A DNA stretch of 64,000 nt from an uncultured Actinomycetota bacterium (lineage in GTDB: Bacteria; Actinomycetota; Actinomycetes; DATJPE01), in the NCBI GenBank assembly GCA_963820065.1, contig CAWFYM010000003.1:963615-1027614 (forward strand), read 5' to 3'. Under the pieces are notes generated by a model that worked only from the letters and a program-made list of their open reading frames with translations, had not been told where the DNA came from and made no database searches. The translations under genes were made by a program, and so were the position numbers. Each line of letters starts with the position of its first letter. Within the stretch, counting starts at the first letter, position 1. This document shows positions 36,792 to 48,544 of the stretch, piece after piece.

Positions 36792-39155
36792 ATGGCGGAA
36801 TCGTTGGGACGACGCGACAGCCTGCCCGTCCCGGATCGCCAGCATCTCGGGCTGGTCACCTATGACGCGAAGGATCCCGACACCTCCTTCCCTCCCATCG
36901 AGCAGCTTCGTCCGCCGGATGGGGCGCCCAATGTCCTCGTTGTCCTTCTCGATGACGTGGGCTTCGGTGCGTCGAGCGCCTTCGGCGGCCCTGTGGCGAT
37001 GCCCACGGCCGAACGGCTCCAGCGAGGCGGACTCGCCTACACGCGATTTCACACCACGGCCTTGTGCGCCCCCACCCGAGCGGCCCTGCTGAGCGGGCGC
37101 AACCACCACTCGGTCGGCATGGGCATGATCACCGAGACGGCGACTTCAGCGCCGGGATCGTCGGGGCTGCGCCCCAACACCAAGGCCGCCCTCCCCATGA
37201 CGTTGAAGCTCAACGGCTATTCGACGGCGCAGTTCGGCAAGTGCCACGAGGTTCCCCCGTGGCAGACCTCCCCCATCGGACCGTTCGACGCTTGGCCGAC
37301 GGGCGGTGGGGGATTCGAGCACTTCTACGGGTTCATCGGCGGCGAGAACAACCAGTACTACCCGGCGCTCTACGAGGGCACCTCTCCCGTGGAGCCCGAG
37401 ACCAGCCCTGAGGAGGGTTACCACCTGACCGAAGACCTTGCAGACAAGGCGATCGGGTGGATGCGTTCGCAGAAGGCCTTGGCGCCGGACAAGCCGTTCT
37501 TCGTGTACTTCGCACCTGGTGCGGCCCACGCGCCCCACCAGGTGGCTCCGGAGTGGGCCGACAAGTACGCGGGCACGTTCGCCGGCGGCTGGGACGCCCA
37601 CCAGGCGGCCACGTTCGAGCGACAGCAGGAGCTTGGCATCGTCCCCCGGGACGCCGAGCTGACCGGTCGCCCGGAGGCCATCCCCAGCTGGGACGACATG
37701 GACGACGACCTGAAGCCGGTGCTCGAGAGGCAGATGGAGGTCTACGCCGGCTTCCTGGAGCACGCCGACTTCCACGTCGGCCGACTCGTTGACGCCGTCG
37801 AGGCCCTCGGCGCGCTGGACAACACCCTGATCTACTACATCATCGGCGACAACGGCGCCTCGGCCGAGGGAACGGTCAACGGCGCCTTCAACGAGATGGC
37901 CAACTTCAACGGACTGGCGGCGATCGAGACGCCGGAGTTCATGGTGGCCATGAAGGACAAGCTCGGGACCAAGGACGCCTACAACCACTACTCGGTGGGC
38001 TGGGCCTGGGCCATGTGCTCGCCGTACCAGTGGACCAAGCAGGTCGCCTCGCACTGGGGAGGGACACGCAACGGGACGCTCGTGCACTGGCCGGCTGGTT
38101 TCACGAGCAAGGGCCAGCTGCGTTCCCAGTTCTCCCACGTCATCGATGTGGCCCCGACCGTGTTGGAGGCGGCCGGAATTCCGGAGCCGACGTTCGTCAA
38201 CGGGGTTCAGCAGTCGCCCATCGAGGGCACGAGCATGACCTACAGCTTCGACGACGCGGCCGCGCCGGAGCGTCATGACCTGCAGTACTTCGAGATGGCC
38301 GGCAACCGGGGCATCTATTTCAAGGGCTGGAGCGCGGTGACTCGGCACAGCACGCCCTGGCTCCCCAACGAGGTGCTGCCAGCGCTCGACGATGACGTGT
38401 GGGAGCTCTACGACGGCGCGACCGATTGGACGCAGGCGAGGGATCTTTCGGGAGAGCTGCCGGACAAGCTCGCCGCTCTCCAACGTCTGTGGTTGATCGA
38501 GGCCGTGAAGTACAACGTCCTTCCCATCGATGACCGGCGCTTCGAGCGGCTCAACGCGACGATCGCCGGGCGCCCGCAGCTCATCACGGGCAACCGGCAG
38601 GTCCTGCTGCCGGGAATGAGACGTCTGAGTGAGCACAGCGTCATCGACATCAAGAACCGGTCCTTCTCCGTGACGGCGGCTATCACGGCGCCCGATGCGG
38701 GAATCCTCAACGGCGTCATGGTTGCGCAAGGCGGCGGCTTCGGCGGCTGGGCGTTCTACGTCAAGGACGGGCACGCGACGTTCGTCTACAACCTCCTAGG
38801 CATGCAGGAGTTCGTCACCGTGGCGGAGGAGCCGCTGTCTCCCGGCGAGCACCAGGTCCGAGCCGAGTTCGCCTACGACGGCGGGGGGCTGGCCAAGGGG
38901 GGCGACGTGACGCTCTTCTACGACGGGGTCTCGGTCGGGACCGGGCGGATCGACCGGACCCAGCCGTTGATCTTCTCGGCCGACGAAACGACCGACCTGG
39001 GTGACGACTACGGAACACCGGTCAGCGCGGACTATGCGAGCGCGAGCCGGTTCAACGGTCGCCTCGATGTCGTGGTCATCGACGTCGGGGACGACGACCA
39101 CTCGCACCTCATCGATCCTGCCGACGTGGCCCGGGTCGCGACTTCCCGGCAGTAG
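36792..39155 (+). CDS. arylsulfatase (type I sulfatase, formylglycine-dependent)
   Basis: 787 aa. Sulfatase signature ALCAPTRAALLSGRNHHSVG (C-x-P-x-R) and a metal-binding region LLDDVGFG. Confidence 0.9.
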   Translation: MAESLGRRDSLPVPDRQHLGLVTYDAKDPDTSFPPIEQLRPPDGAPNVLVVLLDDVGFGASSAFGGPVAMPTAERLQRGGLAYTRFHTTALCAPTRAALLSGRNHHSVGMGMITETATSAPGSSGLRPNTKAALPMTLKLNGYSTAQFGKCHEVPPWQTSPIGPFDAWPTGGGGFEHFYGFIGGENNQYYPALYEGTSPVEPETSPEEGYHLTEDLADKAIGWMRSQKALAPDKPFFVYFAPGAAHAPHQVAPEWADKYAGTFAGGWDAHQAATFERQQELGIVPRDAELTGRPEAIPSWDDMDDDLKPVLERQMEVYAGFLEHADFHVGRLVDAVEALGALDNTLIYYIIGDNGASAEGTVNGAFNEMANFNGLAAIETPEFMVAMKDKLGTKDAYNHYSVGWAWAMCSPYQWTKQVASHWGGTRNGTLVHWPAGFTSKGQLRSQFSHVIDVAPTVLEAAGIPEPTFVNGVQQSPIEGTSMTYSFDDAAAPERHDLQYFEMAGNRGIYFKGWSAVTRHSTPWLPNEVLPALDDDVWELYDGATDWTQARDLSGELPDKLAALQRLWLIEAVKYNVLPIDDRRFERLNATIAGRPQLITGNRQVLLPGMRRLSEHSVIDIKNRSFSVTAAITAPDAGILNGVMVAQGGGFGGWAFYVKDGHATFVYNLLGMQEFVTVAEEPLSPGEHQVRAEFAYDGGGLAKGGDVTLFYDGVSVGTGRIDRTQPLIFSADETTDLGDDYGTPVSADYASASRFNGRLDVVVIDVGDDDHSHLIDPADVARVATSRQ

Positions 39156-39177
39156 AGCTCCCGCAAGCACCGAACGG

Positions 39178-40776
39178 CTAGATCCAGGAACGGAACCACA
39201 TCAGCTGCTGCCAGTGGTCGTGCGTGATGGGCTGGGCGGTCCAGATCGGCCAGAACATGCCAGCGACGATGACGACGGCGACGAGGTAGGCCCCGACGCC
39301 AGCCGCCCCCCAGGCCCGTCGGCCTGCGGGGGCGTCGGCTGGGCCGAGGATCGAGCCGAGCAGCAGCACCAGCGCCATGACGGTGAAGGGGATGAACACC
39401 ACCGAGTACAGCTGGAACACGGTGCGATCGGGGAACAAGAACCACGGCAGCCAGCCCGCGGCCACCCCGACAAGGGCCCCGCCGGCCCGCCAGTCATGGC
39501 GCGAGACCACGAGCCAGACGGCCCACAGGAGGCCCACGCAGCCGGCCCACCAGATGACCGGGTTGCCGAGCGCGGTGATCGTTTGCACGCAGTCGTTGGT
39601 TCCGCAGCCGGGCTCGGTCTCGTAGAAGAAGGCGACCGGCCGACCCAGCACCAACCAGCCCAGGGGCTTGGAGGCGTAGGCATGCTCCTGGGTGATGCCG
39701 GTCGAGGTGTGCAGCATCTGCGCGTGATAGTGCAGGAAGCTGAGCAGGGCGTCCGGGAGGAAGCCGGGACGGGGGGGAGTCTCCTGGGCCTGCGCCCACT
39801 GTCGGTCATAGCCGGCGTCGGTGAGGAACCAACCAGCCCACGTCATCACGTAGACCACCACGGCGGTGACACCGACCGAGAGGAAGCCCGGGATCGCGTC
39901 CCGCCGCAGCATGGCCAGCAGCGGATGGCGGACGCCGACGGCCGCGCGGGCTCGGTGGTCCCACCAGACGAGCATCAGCCCGAACGCGGCGAGGTAGAAG
40001 ACGCCGCTCCACTTGGTCCCGCACGCCAGGCCCAGGGCCACCCCTGCGGCCAAGCGCCACGGACGGAAACCGAAGGACGGACCGTCCTCGTCGTGGGTCA
40101 TGCCGGCCAGCCCGCCACGCTGCTCGGCCCAGGCGAAGGCGCGGGAGCGCACGCGGTCGCGGTCCACGACCAGGCAGCCGAAGGCCGCAAGCACGCACAT
40201 CATGAGGACGATGTCGAGATAGGCGGTCCTGCTCAGCACCAGGTGCAGGCCATCGAGGGCGAGCAGCAAACCTGCTGTCGTCCCGAGCAGCGTCGATCGA
40301 GTCATCCGGCGGACGACGCGCGCGAGCACGAGCACGCTCAGCGTCCCGACCAGGGCGAGCGGGAGCCTCCAGCCCCAGGGCGAGACCCCGACCAACCATT
40401 CCCCCGAGGCGATCACCCACTTGCCGAAGGGGGGGTGCACGACGTAGCCGGGGTCGCCGGTGAAGATGTTGAGATTGCCGGCGAGGATCTTGGCGTCGGC
40501 CTTGGGCACGGTCTCTTGCTCGCTGCCGAAACGCAGCAGACCCAACGCGTCCTTCACGTAGTAGGTCTCGTCGACGATGATCGCGTGAGGCCGGCCGAGA
40601 TGAGCCACGCGCAGGACCAGCGCCAGCACGGTGACCGAGAGTGGACCGATCCAGCCCCACCAGCCGTCGTCGGGCATCGATGGGCACAGGCGCTGCCGGA
40701 GACTCTCTCGCTCAGCGTCCGACAGCTGCGGCGTCTCGGGCGCGGAAGCCTCCAGCGTCGCGGTCACACGGCTCAT
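39178..40776 (-). CDS. pmt: dolichyl/polyprenyl-phosphate-mannose protein O-mannosyltransferase (PMT family)
   Basis: Internal ATG start, 532 aa, multi-TM. Has the conserved PMT loop-1 DE motif (IIVDETYYVKDA). Adjacent to rsmI as in Mtb Rv1002c/Rv1003. Confidence 0.8.
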   Translation of the reverse strand: MSRVTATLEASAPETPQLSDAERESLRQRLCPSMPDDGWWGWIGPLSVTVLALVLRVAHLGRPHAIIVDETYYVKDALGLLRFGSEQETVPKADAKILAGNLNIFTGDPGYVVHPPFGKWVIASGEWLVGVSPWGWRLPLALVGTLSVLVLARVVRRMTRSTLLGTTAGLLLALDGLHLVLSRTAYLDIVLMMCVLAAFGCLVVDRDRVRSRAFAWAEQRGGLAGMTHDEDGPSFGFRPWRLAAGVALGLACGTKWSGVFYLAAFGLMLVWWDHRARAAVGVRHPLLAMLRRDAIPGFLSVGVTAVVVYVMTWAGWFLTDAGYDRQWAQAQETPPRPGFLPDALLSFLHYHAQMLHTSTGITQEHAYASKPLGWLVLGRPVAFFYETEPGCGTNDCVQTITALGNPVIWWAGCVGLLWAVWLVVSRHDWRAGGALVGVAAGWLPWFLFPDRTVFQLYSVVFIPFTVMALVLLLGSILGPADAPAGRRAWGAAGVGAYLVAVVIVAGMFWPIWTAQPITHDHWQQLMWFRSWI

Positions 40777-40868
40777 GCTAGGTCGACGGGCCGGCCGGCC
40801 CGTCGGATCCCCGAAGCCGGTGGGTTTGTCATCAACGTGGCTGGCAGCGCCGTGACAGGCTGGCAGGT

Positions 40869-41711
40869 GTGACCGGGTTGTTGGTGTTGGCTGGCACGCC
40901 TCTCGGCGACCCGGCGGACGCCTCCGCGCGCCTCGTGGAGCTGTTGGCATCCGTCGACATCGTGGCGGCAGAGGACACCCGGCGCTTGCGTCGGCTGTGC
41001 CGTGACCTCGGGGTACGGACGAGTGGGCGCGTCGTGTCCTACTTCGAGGGCAACGAATCGACGCGGACCCCGGAACTGATTGCGGAGCTCGCCGAGGGAC
41101 GAACCGTCTTGCTCGTGACTGATGCTGGGATGCCCTCGGTCTCCGACCCCGGCTATCGCCTGGTCGCCGCCGCCGTCGACTCCGGCATCCGGGTCACCTC
41201 GGCTCCGGGACCGTCGGCGGTCCTGGCCGCGCTCGCGGTGTCGGGCTTGCCGGTGGACCGCTTCTGCTTCGAAGGGTTCCTGCCGCGCAAGGCCGGCGAC
41301 CGCTCCCGCGCTCTGGCCGCCTTGGTCGAGGAGCGGCGGACGATGGTGTTCTTCGAGGCCCCGCACCGGCTGGTGGCCACGTTGGCCGCGATGACCGGGG
41401 CCTTCGGGGCTGAGCGCCCTGCGGCTGTGTGTCGTGAGCTCACCAAGACCTACGAGGAGGTTCGGCGGGCTGGTCTCGGCGAGCTGGTGGCCTGGGCCGA
41501 GGCGGGTGTCCGCGGCGAGATCACGGTTGTGGTGCAAGGTGCGCCCGAGCCCGCGCGCGCCGACCTCGAAGGGGCCGCGGAAGCCGTACGCGACCGGGTC
41601 GCCACCGGCGAACGGCGCAAGTCAGCAGCTGCGGACGTCGCCGCCACCACAGGACTCCCGGTGCGCGCCCTGTACGAAGCCTCCCTGCGTCCCATGGAGG
41701 GTGGGCAGTAG
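40869..41711 (+). CDS. rsmI: 16S rRNA (cytidine1402-2'-O)-methyltransferase
   Basis: Tetrapyrrole-methylase fold (VLAGTPLGD, AAEDTRR, SDPG). Confidence 0.9.
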   Translation: MTGLLVLAGTPLGDPADASARLVELLASVDIVAAEDTRRLRRLCRDLGVRTSGRVVSYFEGNESTRTPELIAELAEGRTVLLVTDAGMPSVSDPGYRLVAAAVDSGIRVTSAPGPSAVLAALAVSGLPVDRFCFEGFLPRKAGDRSRALAALVEERRTMVFFEAPHRLVATLAAMTGAFGAERPAAVCRELTKTYEEVRRAGLGELVAWAEAGVRGEITVVVQGAPEPARADLEGAAEAVRDRVATGERRKSAAADVAATTGLPVRALYEASLRPMEGGQ

Positions 41712-41747
41712 CGCGGCTCGGTCAGGTGCGAGTTCGGTCGACCCTTG

Positions 41748-42347
41748 TCACCCGCCCTCGCCACAGGTCGCCGTGAAGGTTCCCTTCGCGGTCTTTTGGT
41801 CTGTCGCATACGAATATCTCTCGATGAAGGTCGCGGTGCCCGAGGCGGTGTTGCCGTCAATGGTGTAGTCGTCCACCTGGCTGTTCCCCGGCTCGACCTC
41901 CGGCAAGTTGTCGTCGAACTCCTCGCTGGCAATCCAGTCCTCACTCGTGGCCCTGATCGAGAGCGTGGCCTCGGGAAGCTGACCGACAACGTCCGGATCG
42001 GTCCCGTCCTGGAGAAGCGCGATGCTTAAGCTGGCGCCATCCGGGACCGCGTTGCCGGCTTCGTCCACTTCCGGCAGGGAAAGGAGGTAGACCCCGAGGA
42101 AGTCGGCTTTGCATTGGAGCCCGGGCCTGCCGGTGTCGCCGAACAGGTACGTCTCGCCGTCGAGCGTCACGCTGGCCGCTCCGACGCCGTCGACGGTGGG
42201 TGACCCGGCGTCCGTCGAACCGTCGTCGCTTGGACTGATCGAGGGATTGGCGTCGCCGGTGGGCGGCTCAGTGGCGGGGCTGTCGGTACTTCCACCGCAC
42301 CCAGCCAGCACCAGAGCCAGGGCCCCGATCATCGCGAGGCGCTTCAT
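41748..42347 (-). CDS. hypothetical lipoprotein
   Basis: MKRLAMIGALALVLAGCGG lipobox. Acidic, Thr/Gly-rich, and ends in a Cys-containing motif (FTATCGEGG). Confidence 0.55.
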   Translation of the reverse strand: MKRLAMIGALALVLAGCGGSTDSPATEPPTGDANPSISPSDDGSTDAGSPTVDGVGAASVTLDGETYLFGDTGRPGLQCKADFLGVYLLSLPEVDEAGNAVPDGASLSIALLQDGTDPDVVGQLPEATLSIRATSEDWIASEEFDDNLPEVEPGNSQVDDYTIDGNTASGTATFIERYSYATDQKTAKGTFTATCGEGG

Positions 42348-42612
42348 GGGAGGTTCCGATCGTGGTCGCCTAAACCTGAGGCGCGCCAACGCCCGGTGAG
42401 CCGAAAGGGGCTCTGTTCATTCCGTTCATGAGAGCCCGCAACTGCCGCTGTCCGCCATTCGGTCATGGTGACCCCTGTCGTCGTCGGCCATGGCCATCCT
42501 TTCGAGGAAGCCGCGGGCACGCAAGGGTGATGACGTCGAGCCGTTAGCCAGACCCGCTCCTCGCACTTCACCGGACGCAAAGCTGTTGACCAGGCCACCT
42601 AGGATCGAGCGC

Positions 42613-44403
42613 ATGTCCCGTCCCATCCTCACGGCCGTCGCGTGGCCGTATGCGAACGGTCCACGCCACCTCGGGCACGTCTCGGGATTCGGTGTCCCCT
42701 CGGACGTGTTCAGCCGCTACCAACGGATGGCCGGTAACGACGTTCTGATGGTCAGCGGCACCGACGAGCACGGCACCCCGGTCCAGGTGCAGGCCGACAG
42801 CGAAGGCGTGACCGCCCGCGAGCTGGCCGACCGCTACAACCGGGTCATCGTGGAGGACCTGCAAAGCCTCGGGCTGTCCTACGACCTGTTCACGCGTACG
42901 ACGACGCGCAACCACTATGCCGTCGTGCAGGAGCTCTTCCTCACCTTGCACCGCAACGGCTACATCGTCGCGAAGACGACACTGGGGGCGATCTCCCCGT
43001 CCACGGGGCGAACCCTTCCCGACCGATACGTCGAGGGCACGTGTCCGATCTGCGGGTACGACGGGGCGCGGGGCGACCAGTGCGACAACTGCGGCAACCA
43101 GCTCGACCCCATCGATCTGAAGAACCCGCGCAGCAAGATCAACGGCGAGACCCCCAAGTTCGTGGAGACCGAGCACTTCTTCCTCGACCTGCCGGCGTTC
43201 AGCGAGGCCCTCGGGTCGTGGCTCCAGTCGCGGACCGACTGGCGACCCAACGTCTTGAAGTTCAGCCAGAACCTGCTCGGGGATCTCCAGCCGCGGGCGA
43301 TCACGCGCGATCTCGAGTGGGGCATCCCGATCCCGCTCGACGGGTGGGAGCAGCGCCCCGACAAGCGGATCTACGTCTGGTTCGACGCCGTCATCGGCTA
43401 CCTGTCGGCGTCGGTCGAGTGGGCCAGGCGCACCGGCGATCCCGAGGCCTGGCGCCGATGGTGGCAGGACCCCGAGGCGACCTCCTACTACTTCATGGGC
43501 AAGGACAACATCGTCTTCCACTCGGTGATCTGGCCGTCGATTCTGCTCGGCTACGACGGCCGGGGGAGCCACGGCGGAACTCCGGGGGCCCTCGGGGCGC
43601 TCGAACTGCCGACGGAGGTGGTCTCGAGCGAGTTCCTGACCATGGAGGGTCGCCAGTTCTCGTCCTCGCGCTCGGTGGTCATCCACGTGCGGGACTTCCT
43701 GTCCCGCTATCAGCCCGATGCCCTGCGCTACTACATCGCGGCAGCCGGCCCCGAGACCAACGACACCGACTTCACCTGGGCGGAGTTCGTGCGGCGCACC
43801 AACGACGAGCTGGTCGCCGGCTGGGGCAACTTGGTCAACCGCACCGTGTCGCTGGCGGCGAAGAACGTGGGATCGGTGCCCGCTCCCGGCGAGCTGACCG
43901 ACGCCGATCATTCCCTCCTGTCGGCCGTAACCAGCGGCTTCACCTCTGTTGGAGACCTGCTTGGGGCCTCGCGACAGAAGGCGGCCATCGCCGAAGCGAT
44001 GAGAGTGGTGGCTGAGGCCAACAAGTACTTGTCCGACCAGGCCCCGTGGAAGCTCAAGAACGAAGACCCCGAGCGCATGGACACGGTGCTGCACGTGGCC
44101 TTGCAGGCGGTTCACGACTGCAACACGTTGCTGTCGCCGTTCCTGCCCCACTCAGCCCAGACCGTCCACGGACTGCTGGGCGGTGTTGGCGTGGTGAGCC
44201 CGGCCCCCGAGGTGCGCGAGGTGGCAGATCTCGACGGCGGACCGGACTATCCGGTGATCATGGGCGACTACACCGGCCATGCCGCATGGGGATCGCGCCC
44301 GATCGTCTCGGGCACTCCGCTGGAAGCCCCGACGCCGGTCTTCACCAAGCTCGACCTGGCCGTCGTGGATGAGGAGCTGGCCCGACTGGCGGAGGAGGGG
44401 TGA
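42613..44403 (+). CDS. metG: methionine-tRNA ligase
   Basis: [13 protein letters not shown] (HIGH-like), zinc knuckles (CPICGY...CDNCGN), KMSKS-like region, and a C-terminal anticodon-binding domain. Confidence 0.95.
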   Translation: MSRPILTAVAWPYANGPRHLGHVSGFGVPSDVFSRYQRMAGNDVLMVSGTDEHGTPVQVQADSEGVTARELADRYNRVIVEDLQSLGLSYDLFTRTTTRNHYAVVQELFLTLHRNGYIVAKTTLGAISPSTGRTLPDRYVEGTCPICGYDGARGDQCDNCGNQLDPIDLKNPRSKINGETPKFVETEHFFLDLPAFSEALGSWLQSRTDWRPNVLKFSQNLLGDLQPRAITRDLEWGIPIPLDGWEQRPDKRIYVWFDAVIGYLSASVEWARRTGDPEAWRRWWQDPEATSYYFMGKDNIVFHSVIWPSILLGYDGRGSHGGTPGALGALELPTEVVSSEFLTMEGRQFSSSRSVVIHVRDFLSRYQPDALRYYIAAAGPETNDTDFTWAEFVRRTNDELVAGWGNLVNRTVSLAAKNVGSVPAPGELTDADHSLLSAVTSGFTSVGDLLGASRQKAAIAEAMRVVAEANKYLSDQAPWKLKNEDPERMDTVLHVALQAVHDCNTLLSPFLPHSAQTVHGLLGGVGVVSPAPEVREVADLDGGPDYPVIMGDYTGHAAWGSRPIVSGTPLEAPTPVFTKLDLAVVDEELARLAEEG

Positions 44404-45293
44404 CGGAGTCGACCGCTCACGAGGATCACGTGGAGCAGGCGCAGCGGGACGGCTACCCGGAGCTCCCGGAGCCGCTGCCTGTGCCGGTCTACGACAGCCA
44501 CTGCCACCTCGACATCGGCCGCGACGGGCGCGAAGGCGGCCCCCGAAGGCTCCCCGTGCGGGAGGCCATCGCCCTCGCCCAGCAGGTCGGGATCGCGGGC
44601 ATGGTGCAGATCGGTTGCGACCTCCCCAGCGCGCGCTGGTCGGTGGAAGTCGCGGCCTCGACGCCGGGGGTTCTTGCCGCCGTCGCCCTGCACCCCAACG
44701 AAGCGCCGAGGCTGGCCGAGGAGGGGCCAGGCGTGCTCGAGGCGGCGTGGGACGAGATCGACTCGCTCGCAGAAAACCCCAGGGTCCGTGCGATCGGCGA
44801 GACGGGTTTGGACTTCTTCCGGACGTCATCGGCCGGGCGCGGTCCTCAGGAGGAGTCGTTCCGCCGGCACATCGCGATGGCCAAGGCGCACGGGAAGGCG
44901 CTGGTGATCCACGATCGAGAGGCCCACGACGACGTCGTTCGTGTGCTCGAGGCCGAGGGACCCCCGGACACCGTCGTGTTCCACTGCTTCTCCGGCGGTC
45001 CCGAGCTGGCGCGGGTGTGCGCAGATCGCGGCTGGTACGTCTCGTTCGCGGGCACGGTCACCTTCAAGAATGCGGCCAATCTGCGCTCTGCTCTGGCGGT
45101 CACGCCGTCGGACCGGGTCCTTGTGGAGACAGACGCGCCGTTCCTGACGCCTCACCCCTACCGCGGACGTCCGAACGCGTCCTACCTCATCCCCGTCACG
45201 ATGCGCGTCATGGCCGACGTGAGACAGGTCGACCTGGCCGAGCTCGGGACCGCTGTCGCTGCGAACACCGTCGCCGCCTTCGGGGCCTTCTGA
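44400..45293 (+). CDS. tatD: TatD-family metal-dependent hydrolase (DNase)
   Basis: GTGA overlap with the metG stop. Motifs [25 protein letters not shown]. Confidence 0.9.
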   Translation: MTESTAHEDHVEQAQRDGYPELPEPLPVPVYDSHCHLDIGRDGREGGPRRLPVREAIALAQQVGIAGMVQIGCDLPSARWSVEVAASTPGVLAAVALHPNEAPRLAEEGPGVLEAAWDEIDSLAENPRVRAIGETGLDFFRTSSAGRGPQEESFRRHIAMAKAHGKALVIHDREAHDDVVRVLEAEGPPDTVVFHCFSGGPELARVCADRGWYVSFAGTVTFKNAANLRSALAVTPSDRVLVETDAPFLTPHPYRGRPNASYLIPVTMRVMADVRQVDLAELGTAVAANTVAAFGAF

Positions 45294-45295
45294 GG

Positions 45296-45318
45296 CGGAG
45301 GCTGACCGCCTCCGCGCT
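45296..45318 (+). terminator. hairpin GGCGGAGG-ctga-CCGCCTCC followed by a T-rich tract (ggttttgg)
   Basis: Read from the sequence immediately after the tatD stop. Confidence 0.45.
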
Positions 45319-45566
45319 GAGACGCCCGGTTTTGGCTGGTTTGGGGCCCTTGATCCCCCACCGGGGTGACCGACAGGTGGTCGTCACGCGGTGGAGCCGC
45401 TACCGTCGTGGGCTTGTCGGCCGGGGCGGGGAAGCCCCGGCGGGCGACCCGACTTCCCTACGCGGTCTCCGCGTCCGGGTAAGGACGCGCCGCGCTTGGG
45501 GGCGTGCCGCTGTCCGTCCGGGTCCCCGCCGGACCTGTGCCCGGAAACTGCGAGCACTGGAGCCCG

Positions 45567-46676
45567 GTGAGCGACAACCGCGCGGCCCTGGTCGTCCGTA
45601 CCCTCGTGGTGGGTGCGGTCGTCGTGGGGACGGTCGGCTTCGTCAATGCCGGCAAGGTCGTCACCGTGTGGGCCGATGGCGGCGAGCGCCAGGTGCGGAC
45701 CTTCGCCTCCTCGGTCGGCGGAGTCCTGGCTCAACAAGATCTGGTTCTGGGCCCGCATGACGCGGTCATGCCCGGTTCCGACGCGCCCTTGGTCGACGGG
45801 GCCCGCATCGAGCTCAGCCGTGGGCGGTTGGTCGTGCTGCGCGTCGACGGGCTCCCGCGCCAGGTGTGGACGACGGCGCAGACGGTCGAGCAGCTCACGG
45901 CGACGCTCGGGAGCCGCTACGCCTCAGCCGTGACGACGGCTTCGCGCTCGCAGCGGATCCCGCTCACCGGGCTGACCCTCGATCTCCGGATGCCGAAGAA
46001 CGTCACGGTGGAGCACGACGGAACATCGACCACGGTGGTCACGACGGCTCCGACAGTCGAAGCCGTGCTCGCCGAGGCGGGAGTCGACCTCGGTAGGCCC
46101 GACCTGGTCAGCGCTCGCCTGACCCAGCCGCCGGTCGACGGCTTGACGGTGTCGATAGTCCGCGTGACTCACGAGCGAGTCGTGAGCAGGAAGAAGATCC
46201 GCCCGGACACCGTGCGACGAGGCGACCCGGCGCTCTACAAGGGGCAGGTCAAGGTGCTCAAGGCGGGGCGCAGCGGGGTCCGAAGGACGGTCTATCGGTT
46301 GACCTTCCATGACGGTGACCGGGTCTCGCGCGAGAAGGTCGCAGTCACCGTGCCCCGCAGACCAGCCGATCGTGTCGTGAAGTACGGCACCAAGACTCGC
46401 CCGACGATCAGCTACCCGCGCACCGGAGCAGCCATCGACCAGCTCAATTGGGCGGCCTTGGCCCAGTGTGAGAGCAGCGGAAATCCGCGAGCGGTCGGGG
46501 GTGGAGGGATCTACTTCGGCCTCTACCAGTTCAACCTCGGCACCTGGGCGGGCGTCGGAGGCAAGGGGAACCCGGTCGACGCATCCCCGGCTGAGCAGAC
46601 CCTGCGCGCCAAGCTCTTGTATCGCAGTCGAGGGGCGCAGCCGTGGCCGGTGTGCGGCGCCAGGTTGTTCACCTGA
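45567..46676 (+). CDS. rpfB: resuscitation-promoting factor RpfB-like (DUF348 repeats, G5 domain, lytic transglycosylase-like Rpf domain)
   Basis: C-terminal Rpf domain [36 protein letters not shown]. The upstream G5/DUF348 architecture and the conserved rpfB-ksgA-ispE synteny both fit. The GTG at 45567 is preferred and 45504 is the alternative start. Confidence 0.8.
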   Translation: MSDNRAALVVRTLVVGAVVVGTVGFVNAGKVVTVWADGGERQVRTFASSVGGVLAQQDLVLGPHDAVMPGSDAPLVDGARIELSRGRLVVLRVDGLPRQVWTTAQTVEQLTATLGSRYASAVTTASRSQRIPLTGLTLDLRMPKNVTVEHDGTSTTVVTTAPTVEAVLAEAGVDLGRPDLVSARLTQPPVDGLTVSIVRVTHERVVSRKKIRPDTVRRGDPALYKGQVKVLKAGRSGVRRTVYRLTFHDGDRVSREKVAVTVPRRPADRVVKYGTKTRPTISYPRTGAAIDQLNWAALAQCESSGNPRAVGGGGIYFGLYQFNLGTWAGVGGKGNPVDASPAEQTLRAKLLYRSRGAQPWPVCGARLFT

Positions 46677-46710
46677 TCCGTCCGCGCGGGCGGCTGCGAG
46701 ACTGACCGGC

Positions 46711-47580
46711 GTGACCAGCGAGACCGCCCTGCTCGGCGCGCGAGACATCCGTGCCTTGGCCGCCCGACTCGGGCTGCGTCCGACCAAGCACCACGGACAG
46801 AACTTCGTCCTTGATGCCAACACCGTCCGCCGTATCGTCGCGTTGGCCGGCCTCGCCCCGGACGACCAGGTCCTCGAGGTCGGCCCCGGGCTCGGATCCC
46901 TGACGTTGGGGCTGCTGCCCGCCGCCGCAGGGGTCACGGCCATCGAGATCGACGAGGTGCTCGCCTCCGAGCTTCCGCGGACCGTCGATGCGCGGGCGCC
47001 GAGCGTGGCCGACCGACTCCAGGTGATCACCGCCGACGCCTTGCGCATCACCGCGATCCCGGGGTCGCCTCCGACCGCGTTGGTCGCGAATCTCCCCTAC
47101 AACGTCGCTGTTCCCGTGCTGCTGCACCTGTGGCCGATGGCGCCGACGATTGCTCGCACGTTGGTGATGGTGCAGGCCGAGGTAGCCGATCGGCTCGCGG
47201 CAGACCCCGGGAGCAGGGTGTACGGCGTTCCGTCGGTGAAAGCTCGGTGGTACGGAAGCGTGCGCCGGGTGGGATCCGTGAGCCGCACGGTCTTCTGGCC
47301 GGCTCCGAACGTCGACTCAGGTCTGGTGCTCGTGGAGCACCGACCGCCTCCTGCGACCAGCGCCCGGCGCGAGGAGGTCTTCGCCGTGGTTGACGCCGCC
47401 TTCGCTCAGCGCCGCAAGACGCTTCGCGCGGCCTTGGCGGGGTGGGCGGGTTCACCGGCAGCGGCCGGTGAGCTGCTCGAGCGGGCCGGCATCGATCCGT
47501 CGAGTCGAGGCGAGCAGCTCGACGTGGACGCCTTCGCCGCGCTCGCCGAGCAGCGCAGCGCCCTAGGCTCGACCTCGTGA
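46711..47580 (+). CDS. rsmA: 16S rRNA (adenine1518/1519-N6)-dimethyltransferase
   Basis: GTG start. Motifs [29 protein letters not shown]. Confidence 0.9.
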   Translation: MTSETALLGARDIRALAARLGLRPTKHHGQNFVLDANTVRRIVALAGLAPDDQVLEVGPGLGSLTLGLLPAAAGVTAIEIDEVLASELPRTVDARAPSVADRLQVITADALRITAIPGSPPTALVANLPYNVAVPVLLHLWPMAPTIARTLVMVQAEVADRLAADPGSRVYGVPSVKARWYGSVRRVGSVSRTVFWPAPNVDSGLVLVEHRPPPATSARREEVFAVVDAAFAQRRKTLRAALAGWAGSPAAAGELLERAGIDPSSRGEQLDVDAFAALAEQRSALGSTS

Positions 47581-48506
47581 CCTCCGCCGCGATGCTGCCT
47601 GCCTCGGTCACCGTCCGGGCACCGGCGAAGGTCAATCTCCAGCTCTCGGTGGGCGCGCGTCGTCCCGACGGTTACCACGAGCTCGTCAATGTGTTCCACG
47701 CCGTCGGGCTCTACGACGAGGTCACGGCTCGGTCGGGTCGCGGTGACGTGACGGTCGCGGTCGAGGGAGACTCCGCCGAGCTCGTCCCCACCGATGACGC
47801 GAATCTGGCGTTCCGGGCGGCGATCGCGCTGGCCGATGCGGCGGGCGTCCCCGCCGACGTCGACCTTCTGGTGCACAAGGGCATTCCGGTCGCGGGCGGG
47901 ATGGCCGGTGGCTCCGCGGACGCGGCCGCGGCCCTGGTCGCCTGTGATGCGCTCTGGGAGACGCGGCTCGAGCGCGAGACGCTGCTCGAGATCGCTGAGA
48001 CGCTCGGAGCGGATGTCCCTTTCGCCCTGCTGGGTGGAACGGCCGTCGGTGTCGGAACGGGAACGCAACTGACGCCGGCCCTGGCACGCGGCCGATTCCC
48101 CTGGGTCTTCGCGCTGGCCGATGAGGGTCTGCTGACGGCAGAGGTCTACGCGGAGTACGACCGGCTGGTGACGGGGAAGGTGCTGCCCGAACCGCGCGTC
48201 TCCGATGCGTTGATGGGAGCTTTGCGAGCCGGCGACGGCGAGGCGCTCGGCCAGGCCTTGAGCAATGACCTCCAACCAGCGGCTCTCTCGCTGCGGCCGC
48301 GCCTGGCGTTCACCCTCGACGTGGCCCGCGACGCGGGGGCGCTCGGATCGGTCGTCTCCGGTTCGGGGCCGACGTGCGCTTTCCTGGCCCGCGACGAGGA
48401 GCATGCGCTCGACCTGGCCGTCGCGCTCTCCTCAGCCGGGGTGTGTCGCACGGTCAAGCGCGCCGACGGGCCTGTGCACGGCGCCCGCATCGTCGACTCC
48501 TCCTAG
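47577..48506 (+). CDS. ispE: 4-(cytidine 5'-diphospho)-2-C-methyl-D-erythritol kinase
   Basis: GTGA overlap with the rsmA stop. GHMP kinase motifs ([27 protein letters not shown]). Confidence 0.9.
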   Translation: MTSAAMLPASVTVRAPAKVNLQLSVGARRPDGYHELVNVFHAVGLYDEVTARSGRGDVTVAVEGDSAELVPTDDANLAFRAAIALADAAGVPADVDLLVHKGIPVAGGMAGGSADAAAALVACDALWETRLERETLLEIAETLGADVPFALLGGTAVGVGTGTQLTPALARGRFPWVFALADEGLLTAEVYAEYDRLVTGKVLPEPRVSDALMGALRAGDGEALGQALSNDLQPAALSLRPRLAFTLDVARDAGALGSVVSGSGPTCAFLARDEEHALDLAVALSSAGVCRTVKRADGPVHGARIVDSS

Positions 48507-48544
48507 TCGGGTCTGGTGCAGCGACAAGGGGCCGGGCGTGGCCG

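Noticed and set aside
45319-45566. A possible second ydaO-type riboswitch ahead of the rpfB-like gene (GACCCGACUUCCCUACGCGG resembles ACCCGACAGCUAACCUCGUAGGCG)
   Set aside because: Only a short partial match, without the other conserved ydaO blocks. rpfB, unlike rpfA, is not a known ydaO target. Left as unsupported.
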